Sequence record: SRR20825010_2819
DNA: 43,907 bases
Reading direction: 5' to 3' (one strand)
Both the position numbers and the translations under genes were made by a program. The notes under the pieces are model-generated. The model saw nothing but the letters and a program-made list of their open reading frames with translations, was not told the origin of the DNA and made no database searches. The stretch's first letter is position 1. Each line of letters opens with the position of its first letter. Shown here piece after piece: positions 26,617 through 35,001 of the stretch.

Positions 26617-27768
26617 TTAAACGGCAACCGACTGCTGATTCCCTGCTGGGGTTTCCAGCAATGCCGAGTAGTGACTGAGATGGAAATCGTCGTCCCCGAA
26701 CTGGTGCGCCAACATCACCAGACGCTTGGCATGGTGAGCGAGCACATACTCCCACGTCATACCTATACCGCCGTGGAGCTGGATGGCCGCCTCGGCCATC
26801 ATTTGTGACGCTCTGGCGGTTATGAACTTTGCCGCCGCCAGCTTGCGACTGCGGTCTTCAGAGTCCGGGTCATCGGCAACACAGGCTGCCAGCACCGCCA
26901 TTGACGTCGCCAGCTCCAGTTCGCCGCGCATATCCGCCATGCGGTGCTGCAGCACCTGAAAGCGACCAATCGGGCTGCCAAACTGCTGCCGGGATTTCAG
27001 ATACTCCAGGGTCAGGCCAAACGCCGCTTCCATACTGCCCAGAGCTTCCGAGCACTGGGCCGCCAGGGCCCTGCCGCGCTGGTACTGCAAGGCCGACAAG
27101 GCTCTACCGGGTTGTCCCAACAGGTCATCCGGCTCGATATAGACATCGTCCAGCACCAGATCACAGGCTCGTGGGCCATCGACACAGGCATACCCGATTC
27201 GCCTGACTCCTTCGGCATCCGGATCGACCATAAACAGGCTTAGTCCGTCTTCGGTTCGCGCGGTCACCAACAGGTAATGGGCGGAATCGCCGCCAATGAC
27301 CACCCGCTTGCGGCCATTGAGGCGCCAGCCACGCTCACAGGCAACCGCACGGCAGCGAGCCTGATCAGGTTGATAGTGAGTGCCTGCTTCCTCGTCAGCG
27401 ACCGCCAGCCGACATTCACCGGCCGACACCTTGGGCAACAATCGCTGGCGCTGCTCGGGAGAACCCAGTTGCTGTACCAGTCCGGCGGCGTATATCTGTG
27501 AATGGAGGAAGGGCTCCAGGCACAGACCACGGCCCAGCTCCTTCATCACCAGCATGTTTTCCACACCGGTCCCGTCGAAACCCTCGTATCGGCCGGCTAT
27601 CGGCACCGAGGTGATACCCAGTTCCGCCATTTGCTGCCAGAATTCCGGGCTTTCCCCGGCATCGCTCTGATAGCCGGCAAGCCTGTGCTCAAAGGTGTAG
27701 ATGTCCCGTACCAGACGCTGAACGGTTTCCGCCAACATCTGCTGCTCGTCGCTCAAGTTGAAGTCCAT
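26617..27768 (-). CDS. pimD: Acyl-CoA dehydrogenase small subunit (PimD-like)
   Basis: MDFNLSDEQQML; R.QFG.PIG.FQVLQHRMADM; AIQLHGGIGMTWE; adjacent to a PimC-like gene. Confidence 0.75.
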   Translation of the reverse strand: MDFNLSDEQQMLAETVQRLVRDIYTFEHRLAGYQSDAGESPEFWQQMAELGITSVPIAGRYEGFDGTGVENMLVMKELGRGLCLEPFLHSQIYAAGLVQQLGSPEQRQRLLPKVSAGECRLAVADEEAGTHYQPDQARCRAVACERGWRLNGRKRVVIGGDSAHYLLVTARTEDGLSLFMVDPDAEGVRRIGYACVDGPRACDLVLDDVYIEPDDLLGQPGRALSALQYQRGRALAAQCSEALGSMEAAFGLTLEYLKSRQQFGSPIGRFQVLQHRMADMRGELELATSMAVLAACVADDPDSEDRSRKLAAAKFITARASQMMAEAAIQLHGGIGMTWEYVLAHHAKRLVMLAHQFGDDDFHLSHYSALLETPAGNQQSVAV

Positions 27769-27776
27769 AATGCCTC

Positions 27777-28973
27777 CTAAAGCTCCAGAACCAGTTTGGC
27801 GATGATGTTTTTCTGAATCTCGTTTGAGCCGCCATAGATCGACAGTTTGCGCAAATTGAAGTACTGGCCTGCCGGCGCAGCGCTGTAATCGCGGTACAGG
27901 GGCTCGTCATCAAACCCGGGATTGAGCTCTTCCTCCAGAAACGGCAGGGCATTGGGCCCAAGCGCCTTGCGCATCAGATCACTGATGGCCTGGCGGATTT
28001 CCGAACCCTGGATTTTCAACAACGAGCTTTCCGCCCCGGGCACCCCACCGTCACGGCTGGCGGCCAGAATCCGCAGCGTGCTCATTTCCACCGCCAGCAA
28101 GCGCATTTCCAGCTCGGCAATCCGCACCCGGAACAATGGATCGTCCACGAGCGGCTGGCCACCTGCGGTTTCCTGTGCCGCAATGGCCTTCAGGTGCGTT
28201 AGCGCCGCCTTGGACAAACCGATGCCCGCCTGCCCGGTACGCTCGTGAGTTAACAGGTACTTGGCACAGGTCCAACCCTTGTTTTCCTCACCCACCAGGT
28301 TTTCCACAGGCACCCGGACATCATCGAAGAACACCTCGTTCACTTCATGCTCACCGTCCAGGGTGATGATTGGTCGCACCGTGATGCCCGGGGTGTCCAT
28401 GTCGATCAGCAGGAAGGAAATGCCCTCCTGCTTCTTGGCCGACGGGTCGGTGCGGACCAGACAGAAGATCTTGTTGGCGTGCTGCCCCAGCGTGGTCCAG
28501 GTTTTCTGGCCGTTGACCACATAGTGGTCGCCCTCACGTTCGGCCCTGGTTTTCAGGCCGGCCAGATCGGAACCGGCAGCCGGCTCGGAGTAGCCCTGAC
28601 ACCACCAGTCCTCGCCGGAAAGAATACGCGGCAGGTACCAGGCCTTCTGAGCTTCCGTGCCAAACCGGATAATCACCGGCGCCACCATGTTAACGCCGAA
28701 GGAAATAACCCGCGGCGCGCCAAAGGCAGCGCATTCTTCCTCAAAGATGTGTTTCTGTACCACGGTCCAGCCGGTACCACCGTATTCTTCGGGCCAGTTG
28801 ATCGCATACCAGCCCTGCTTGTTCAGTATCGCCTGCCAGCGCTGATGATCCCGTTTCGACAGCGCCCGGCCGAGGCGGACATTGTTGGCGATATCCGCGG
28901 GTAGTTGCTGTTTCAGAAAGGCCCGCACTTCGTCACGGAAGGCCTGCTCTTCGGGGGTAAAGTGAATATTCAT
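27777..28973 (-). CDS. pimC: Acyl-CoA dehydrogenase large subunit (PimC-like)
   Basis: WWCQGYSEPAAGSDLA, NGQKTWTTLGQHA, GWTCAKYLLTHER, RKLSIYGGSNEIQKNIIAK. Confidence 0.78.
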   Translation of the reverse strand: MNIHFTPEEQAFRDEVRAFLKQQLPADIANNVRLGRALSKRDHQRWQAILNKQGWYAINWPEEYGGTGWTVVQKHIFEEECAAFGAPRVISFGVNMVAPVIIRFGTEAQKAWYLPRILSGEDWWCQGYSEPAAGSDLAGLKTRAEREGDHYVVNGQKTWTTLGQHANKIFCLVRTDPSAKKQEGISFLLIDMDTPGITVRPIITLDGEHEVNEVFFDDVRVPVENLVGEENKGWTCAKYLLTHERTGQAGIGLSKAALTHLKAIAAQETAGGQPLVDDPLFRVRIAELEMRLLAVEMSTLRILAASRDGGVPGAESSLLKIQGSEIRQAISDLMRKALGPNALPFLEEELNPGFDDEPLYRDYSAAPAGQYFNLRKLSIYGGSNEIQKNIIAKLVLEL

Positions 28974-28997
28974 AACCTGTCCTCCGATCGACCACCG

Positions 28998-29774
28998 TTA
29001 GCGGTGTTTCCACTGTGGTTTGCGCTTCTCCAGAAAGGCGTTCATGCCTTCACTGCTGTCGTCTGTTGAGAAGCTGGCCCACAGCAAACGGCGTTCGTAA
29101 TCAATACCTGCCCGCAGGGTAGTTTCAAATGCCTGGTTCACGGCCTCCTTGTTCACCATCGTCGCCATAAGGGAATAGCCGGCGATTTCGCGGGCTACGG
29201 CCATCGCGGCATCCAGAAGCCCATCAGCGGGCACAACCCGGCTCACCAGGCCACAGCGCTCAGCTTCATCAGCACTCATCGTTCGGCCGGTAAGGCACAA
29301 GTCCATCGCCTTGGCTTTGCCCACCGCTCTCGTCAGGCGCTGGCTACCGCCGGCGCCAGGCAGAAGACCCAGTTTCACTTCAGGTTGACCAAAGCGTGCC
29401 GTATCAGCGGCGATCAGCAAGTCGCACATCATTGCCAGCTCACAACCACCGCCTACGGCAACACCGGCAACTGCGGCAATGACCGGCTTGCGGCAGCGGG
29501 TCACCTGCTCCCAGTTGGCGGTAATAAATTCATTCCGGTACGCGCGGGAAAAATCCAGCGCTTGCGCCTCGGAGATATCCGCGCCTGCGGCAAACGCGTT
29601 GTCATTACCGGTAACCACTATCGCACGCACCTCACCATCGGCTTCCAGTGCTTTGAGGGCATCTGAAAGCTCAGACATCAGCGCGTTGTTCAGGGCGTTG
29701 TGCACCTCCGGACGGTTGAGCCGAATCAATGCGACGGGATCGTGCCTTTCAAGCAATATGTTTCCGTATATCAT
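28998..29774 (-). CDS. badK: Enoyl-CoA hydratase (probable cyclohex-1-enecarboxyl-CoA hydratase, BadK)
   Basis: Crotonase motifs [18 protein letters not shown] and [18 protein letters not shown]; divergent from aliA-badH-badI. ATG 29774 has a GGAG RBS. Confidence 0.7.
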   Translation of the reverse strand: MIYGNILLERHDPVALIRLNRPEVHNALNNALMSELSDALKALEADGEVRAIVVTGNDNAFAAGADISEAQALDFSRAYRNEFITANWEQVTRCRKPVIAAVAGVAVGGGCELAMMCDLLIAADTARFGQPEVKLGLLPGAGGSQRLTRAVGKAKAMDLCLTGRTMSADEAERCGLVSRVVPADGLLDAAMAVAREIAGYSLMATMVNKEAVNQAFETTLRAGIDYERRLLWASFSTDDSSEGMNAFLEKRKPQWKHR

Positions 29775-29860
29775 AACGATCTCCACTAAAAATCTAGCTT
29801 TTATGCACTTATAAGCTGACCAAAACTACACACAAGTCTAGATCTGTTATTTTTTTAAAG

Positions 29861-29897
29861 CAACATGTTGACATATTATTTTAATCAGGCGTATTTT
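29861..29897 (+). promoter_or_regulatory. BadR-type operator CAA-N4-TTG overlapping the -35 of the aliA promoter
   Basis: The perfect palindrome CAACATGTTG (29861-29870) overlaps TTGACA (29868-29873), which is followed by N18-TATTTT. Confidence 0.72.
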
Positions 29898-29968
29898 GAA
29901 ATAGACGATACGGCCTGCGTTTTGACCAGGCCGCCAACAACAACAAACCAATGCAACAGGTGAATCAA

Positions 29969-31633
29969 ATGGAAACAGGCATTACTCCCCAACCGGAACG
30001 CCGCTCAGCCATGATTCAGAGCGGTGCCTGGAACGACACACTCATTACCGACTATCTCGACCGCGCCGTCGCCGCCACGCCGGACCGCGAAGCCATTGTT
30101 GGCTACCGTGTCAGCGAAGACACCCGCACGGCGCTGACCTACCGGGAACTGAACAACAACGTCACCCGCATTGCCGCTGGATTGGTTGGTATGGACATCA
30201 AGCCAGGAGATGTTGTGGCGTGCCAGTTGCCCAACTGGTGGCAAACCATCGCTCTGCACCTGGCCTGCATGCGTGTCGGCGCTGTGCTGAACCCGCTGAT
30301 GCCGATCTTTCGTGAGCGCGAACTCCGCTTCATGCTCGCGCACGGTGAAGCCAAACTGCTGGTCATCCCCAAGGTGTTCCGCAATTTTGACTACCAGGCC
30401 ATGGTCGACGGCTTGCTTGGTGATCTGCCTGAGCTGAAAACCGTGCTGGTGATCGGCGGCGATGGCGAGCGCAGTTTCGAAAAACAGCTGCTCGAAAAGC
30501 CCTGGGAGCAGGAGGTGGACACGGCAGCAGTGTTCGAGGAGCGTAAGCCGTCCGCCGATGATGTCATTCAGGTGCTGTACACCTCAGGCACCACCGGCGA
30601 ACCCAAGGGGGTTATGCACACCTCCAACACCCTGTTCGCCAACGTCCGCCCGTACGCCGATCGTTTGCACCTGACGTCTGACGACACGGTGCTGATGGCG
30701 TCACCGCTGGCGCACCAGACCGGTTTCCTCTACGGCATCATGATGCCGGTATACCTGGGCACTACTGCGATCCTGCAGGACATCTGGGACGCCGAGTTTG
30801 TCTGCAAGGTGATTGCGGCGGAGAAACCGGCGTTCACCATGGCAGCAACCCCGTTCCTGGCCGATCTGGTGAAAACCGCGCCAAAACACGAAGGCGAGTT
30901 GGATTCGCTGCGTATTTTTGTCTCCGCAGGCGCCCCGATTCCCAGCGCGCTGGTGGAACAGGCCGGCCAGAACCTGAAGGCCAGTATCGTGTCCGCCTGG
31001 GGTATGACCGAAAACGGCGCTGTAACCATGACTTGCCCCGAAGACCCCGCCGAGCGTGCCAGTCAGTCAGACGGCAAGACACTGCCCTACATGGACGTCA
31101 AGGTGACCGACTTCAAGGGCAACAGCCTGGCCACCGGAGAGGAAGGCAATCTGATGGTTCGAGGCGCCAGCCTGTTTGTCGGCTATCTCAAGCGCCCCGA
31201 GCTGTACGGCGTGGACGAAGACGGCTGGTTCGGCACCGGCGATCTCGCTCGCATGGATGAGAACGGCTATATCCGCATTACCGGCCGCACCAAAGACGTT
31301 GTCATTCGTGGCGGCGAAAACATTCCGGTGGTGGAAGTGGAGAACCTGCTCTACAAGATCCCCGGTATCGCTGACGTTGCACTGGTGGGCTGCCCGGACG
31401 ACCGACTTGGTGAACGTCTGTGCGCCTATATCACACTGGACGAGACTACCAATGGCCTGACCCTGGACGACGTCAAAAGCCATCTGCTCAAGCACCAGCT
31501 CTCCAAGAATTACCTGCCGGAATACCTGGAAGTGATCGAGGCCATGCCCCGCACGGCGTCCGGAAAGATCCAGAAGTTCAAACTCCGGGAGCAGGCGAAA
31601 GATCTCCGGCTCGCTCCGGCCAAGCGCGCCTGA
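29969..31633 (+). CDS. aliA: Cyclohexanecarboxylate-CoA ligase
   Basis: Adenylate-forming motifs YTSGTTGEPKG, SAWGMTE, TGDL, GRTKD..IRGGENIP and SGKIQKF; QLPNWWQ; context with badH and badI. Start is 29969 or 29951. Confidence 0.85.
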   Translation: METGITPQPERRSAMIQSGAWNDTLITDYLDRAVAATPDREAIVGYRVSEDTRTALTYRELNNNVTRIAAGLVGMDIKPGDVVACQLPNWWQTIALHLACMRVGAVLNPLMPIFRERELRFMLAHGEAKLLVIPKVFRNFDYQAMVDGLLGDLPELKTVLVIGGDGERSFEKQLLEKPWEQEVDTAAVFEERKPSADDVIQVLYTSGTTGEPKGVMHTSNTLFANVRPYADRLHLTSDDTVLMASPLAHQTGFLYGIMMPVYLGTTAILQDIWDAEFVCKVIAAEKPAFTMAATPFLADLVKTAPKHEGELDSLRIFVSAGAPIPSALVEQAGQNLKASIVSAWGMTENGAVTMTCPEDPAERASQSDGKTLPYMDVKVTDFKGNSLATGEEGNLMVRGASLFVGYLKRPELYGVDEDGWFGTGDLARMDENGYIRITGRTKDVVIRGGENIPVVEVENLLYKIPGIADVALVGCPDDRLGERLCAYITLDETTNGLTLDDVKSHLLKHQLSKNYLPEYLEVIEAMPRTASGKIQKFKLREQAKDLRLAPAKRA

Positions 31634-31668
31634 CCCGGGCAATCTATCTCAGCAACAGGAGTACAACG

Positions 31669-32436
31669 ATGAAAGGTCTCAACGGAAAAACCGTCATTAT
31701 CACCGGTGGTGGGGGCGGTATCGGCCGCGCGGTCTCCCTGCGCTTTGCCGAGGAAGGCAGCCTGGTGGCTGTGCTCGACCGCGATGAAGCCGCCGCCCAG
31801 GCCACGGTGGATCTGATCAACGAGGCCGGTGGCAAGGCCAGGGCCTACGCAGCGGATATTACCGATTACGCCGCCATTACCAGCACCGTCGAGGCCATCG
31901 AAGGCGATTTGGGGGTGCCAACGGTGCTAGTGAACAACGCCGGCTTCGACCGCTTCATGCCATTTCTGAAAACCGAACCCAAGCTCTGGGACCAGTTAAT
32001 CGCGGTCAACCTCACCGGTGCACTGAATATGCACCATGTGGTGCTGCCCAAGATGGTCGCCGCCGGTGGCGGTAAGGTCATCAACGTCGCCTCGGATGCT
32101 GCCCGCGTCGGCTCCTCCGGAGAATCTGTCTACGCCGCCTGCAAGGCTGGCCTGGTGGGTTTCAGCAAGACCGTTGCCCGTGAACTAGCAACCAAGAACG
32201 TGTGCCTGAATGTGGTTTGCCCGGGGCCGACGGATACCGCACTTCTCAAGGGCGTGGCGGAAACCTCCAGCAACCCGGAAAAGCTGCTGGAAGCCTTCCG
32301 TAACGCCGTGCCCATGAAGCGTCTGGCCCAGCCGGACGACTACCCAGGCATCGTCGCCCTGCTTGCCAGCGATGACGCCAACTTTATTACCGGACAGGTG
32401 ATCAGCGTGTCCGGCGGCCTGACCATGGCCGGCTAA
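31669..32436 (+). CDS. badH: 2-hydroxycyclohexanecarboxyl-CoA dehydrogenase (SDR)
   Basis: TGGGGGIG, NNAG, ASDAARVGSSGESVYAACKAG, VCPGPTDT and SVSGGLTMAG; ATG 31669 with AGGAG. Confidence 0.9.
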   Translation: MKGLNGKTVIITGGGGGIGRAVSLRFAEEGSLVAVLDRDEAAAQATVDLINEAGGKARAYAADITDYAAITSTVEAIEGDLGVPTVLVNNAGFDRFMPFLKTEPKLWDQLIAVNLTGALNMHHVVLPKMVAAGGGKVINVASDAARVGSSGESVYAACKAGLVGFSKTVARELATKNVCLNVVCPGPTDTALLKGVAETSSNPEKLLEAFRNAVPMKRLAQPDDYPGIVALLASDDANFITGQVISVSGGLTMAG

Positions 32437-32468
32437 GCGACTGATTGCACAACATTGGAGAACGCATC

Positions 32469-33251
32469 ATGACTTACGAAGACATCCTCTACGACGAAAC
32501 CGACGGCGTTGCCACCATTACCATCAACCGTCCTGACCGGTACAACGCCTTCCGCGGCCAGACCTGTATGGAACTGCTGGACGCTTTCCATACCGCCGGC
32601 TGGAACAAAGACATCGGCGTTATCGTACTCACCGGCGCCGGCGACAAGGCCTTTTGTACCGGCGGTGATCAGGGCGCCCATGAAGGACAGTACGACGGCC
32701 GCGGCCTGATCGGCCTGCCGGTGGAAGAGCTGCAACGCCTGATCCGGGAAGTACCCAAGCCGGTTATCGCCCGGGTCAACGGCTTTGCCATTGGCGGCGG
32801 CCATGTGCTTCATGTGGTCTGCGACCTGAGCATTGCCTCGGAAACGGCGGTTTTCGGACAGGTGGGCCCGAAAGTGGGCTCCGTAGACCCCGGGTTCGGC
32901 ACCGCCTACCTCTCACGGGTGGTGGGTGAGAAACGCGCCCGCGAAATTTGGTACCTGTGCCGCAAATACAGTGCGCAACAGGCTCAGGAGTGGGGGCTGG
33001 TAAATGCTGTGGTCCCGCCCGAGCAACTGGATGACGAAGTGCGCAGCTGGTGTGACGAAATTCTCGGAAAGAGCCCGACCGCGCTGACGATTGCCAAGCG
33101 TTCATTCAACGCTGACAGCGACAACATTGCCGGTATCGGCGCCCTCGGCATGCAGGCCCTGAGCCTTTACTACAACACCGAGGAATCCCAGGAAGGGGTA
33201 AACGCCTTCAAGGAAAAGCGCAAACCGGACTTCCGTAAATACCAGAAATAA
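32469..33251 (+). CDS. badI: 2-ketocyclohexanecarboxyl-CoA hydrolase (MenB-like crotonase)
   Basis: MTYEDILY, AFCTGGDQ, FGQVGPKVGSVDPGFGT, GEKRAREIWYLCR. Confidence 0.9.
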   Translation: MTYEDILYDETDGVATITINRPDRYNAFRGQTCMELLDAFHTAGWNKDIGVIVLTGAGDKAFCTGGDQGAHEGQYDGRGLIGLPVEELQRLIREVPKPVIARVNGFAIGGGHVLHVVCDLSIASETAVFGQVGPKVGSVDPGFGTAYLSRVVGEKRAREIWYLCRKYSAQQAQEWGLVNAVVPPEQLDDEVRSWCDEILGKSPTALTIAKRSFNADSDNIAGIGALGMQALSLYYNTEESQEGVNAFKEKRKPDFRKYQK

Positions 33252-33307
33252 CCGACTCGCCCGGTGGCGAGAAACCACCGGGCAGCAAACAACGCTCGGA
33301 GAACACC

Positions 33308-34447
33308 ATGAATTTCGCATTCAACGAAGAACAAAACGCCATCCGTGAGAACGTTGCCCGGTTCAGTGCTGATGTTTTGGCTCCGGGCTACCGCAAACGC
33401 GATCAGGAGGGCGTAATCGAGCGCTCGGTGATCCAGCAAATGGGGGACATGGGCCTGCTCGGCGGCGAGTTACCGGAAGCGTTCGGTGGCAGCGGCCTGG
33501 ACTGCGTGACCAGCGGCCTGATCATCGAAGAAATTGCCAAAGGCGATTTCAACGTGGGCTATATCCCGTTGCTCACCTCACTGAATGGCCAGATCATCGC
33601 CAGCCACGCCGCGCCGGACCTGGCAACAGAGTGGCTTGCCGGCATGACCTCCGGCCAGAAAGTGGCCTGTATCGCCTTGACCGAACCCCATGGCGGTTCC
33701 GATGCCGCCAATCTGCGACTGAAGGCCGAGAAGAAGGGCGATGTCTATGTACTCAATGGCGAGAAGACGTCGATTTCCATGGCAGACCAATCCGACGTCG
33801 CGGTGGTGTTTGCCCGCACCGGTAGTGTTGAGCAGCGGGCCTCCGGCATCAGCGCGTTTCTGGTGCCGATGGACAGTCCGGGCATTTCCACAACGCGCTT
33901 TGAAGACAACGGCCAGCGCGCCATCGGCCGCGGTTCCATCTTCTTCGACAACGTGGAAGTTCCTGCCCATAACATGATGGGCGACGAAGGCAAGGGCTTT
34001 AAACAGGTCATGCAGGGGTTTGATTACAGCCGCGCACTGATCGGCCTGCAATGTCTGGCGGTCGCCCAGCAGTCCCTGGACGAAACCTGGCAGTGGCTGA
34101 CCGAACGTACCGCCTTTGGCCAGAACCTGTCGGCCTTCCAGGGCCTGACTCACCCGCTGTCGGAATACCAGACTTACGTTCATGCCGCCCGCCTTCAGTG
34201 CTACCATGCCCTCTGGCTAAAGGATAACAACCTGCCCCACAATGCCGAAGCGGCGATGAATAAATGGTGGGGGCCAAAACTGGCGTTTGATGTGGTGAAA
34301 CAGTGTCTGCTCGCTCATGGTCACACCGGCTACGGCGAGGACTTACCCTTCGCCCAGCGGTTGCGCGACGTTCTGGGCCTGCAAATAGGTGACGGCACTG
34401 CACAGATCATGAAGAATATCATCACACGCGAGTACCTACCGGAGTGA
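33308..34447 (+). CDS. aliB: Cyclohexanecarboxyl-CoA dehydrogenase (AliB/BadJ)
   Basis: ALTEPHGGSDAA, LNGEKTSIS, QVMQGFDYSRALIGLQC, QRLRDVLGLQIGDGTAQIMK. Confidence 0.88.
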   Translation: MNFAFNEEQNAIRENVARFSADVLAPGYRKRDQEGVIERSVIQQMGDMGLLGGELPEAFGGSGLDCVTSGLIIEEIAKGDFNVGYIPLLTSLNGQIIASHAAPDLATEWLAGMTSGQKVACIALTEPHGGSDAANLRLKAEKKGDVYVLNGEKTSISMADQSDVAVVFARTGSVEQRASGISAFLVPMDSPGISTTRFEDNGQRAIGRGSIFFDNVEVPAHNMMGDEGKGFKQVMQGFDYSRALIGLQCLAVAQQSLDETWQWLTERTAFGQNLSAFQGLTHPLSEYQTYVHAARLQCYHALWLKDNNLPHNAEAAMNKWWGPKLAFDVVKQCLLAHGHTGYGEDLPFAQRLRDVLGLQIGDGTAQIMKNIITREYLPE

Positions 34448-34494
34448 TGCGCCCTCTTTCCTCTACGGTTCGGGGTGCAGATACAGGAGCACTG

Positions 34495-35001
34495 ATGATC
34501 GTTAACGAATCCGAAGGCATTCCGAATCGGCTGTTTTTCCGTCTGTTTCAGACGGGAAACATCCTCCAGCGACAGGTTCAGAATGAAATGGGCATCAGCG
34601 CCGTTCAGTGGGCGGTGCTTGGGGCCCTGTCACGGGACGGGTTTGAAGACGGTACATCGTTCAATCAGCTCAAGGAGTACCTCTATGTCAGTCGCCAAAA
34701 CCTGGATGGCGTACTCAAACGCATGGAGCGCGATGGGCATGTGGTGCGTGTTCCTGATCCCCAGGATCGTCGTGCCCGACTGGTCATACTGACGGATACA
34801 GGGCGGGTATTCTGGAACAACCTGCAGGACACGATTCAGGAGTTTTACCAGCAAGCCCTGGATGGAACCAGTTTTGACGACGGGGTCAGCCTGCTGCATC
34901 TGCTGAAAAAACTGCAGCAGGGCATGACCACCATATCGTTATCCCCCGAAGATCTGCCCGACGCTACCGAGTCGGCCAAACCCGCCGATCAGAACCGATA
35001 G
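34495..35001 (+). CDS. badR: MarR family regulator (BadR-like)
   Basis: NRLFFRLFQ..N, QWAVLGALSR, L.VSRQNLDGVLKRMERDG, DRRARLV; AGGAG RBS before ATG 34495 (the ORF track gives 34444). Confidence 0.8.
   Translation: MIVNESEGIPNRLFFRLFQTGNILQRQVQNEMGISAVQWAVLGALSRDGFEDGTSFNQLKEYLYVSRQNLDGVLKRMERDGHVVRVPDPQDRRARLVILTDTGRVFWNNLQDTIQEFYQQALDGTSFDDGVSLLHLLKKLQQGMTTISLSPEDLPDATESAKPADQNR

Noticed and set aside
31420-31668. N-terminal extension of BadH overlapping aliA
   Set aside because: The SDR fold starts at MKGLNGK (31669) with its own AGGAG RBS; the upstream part is an open frame overlapping aliA.
32469-33251. menB (naphthoate synthase) call
   Set aside because: It is MenB-like, but the flanking aliA, badH and aliB genes and the absence of other men genes indicate BadI.
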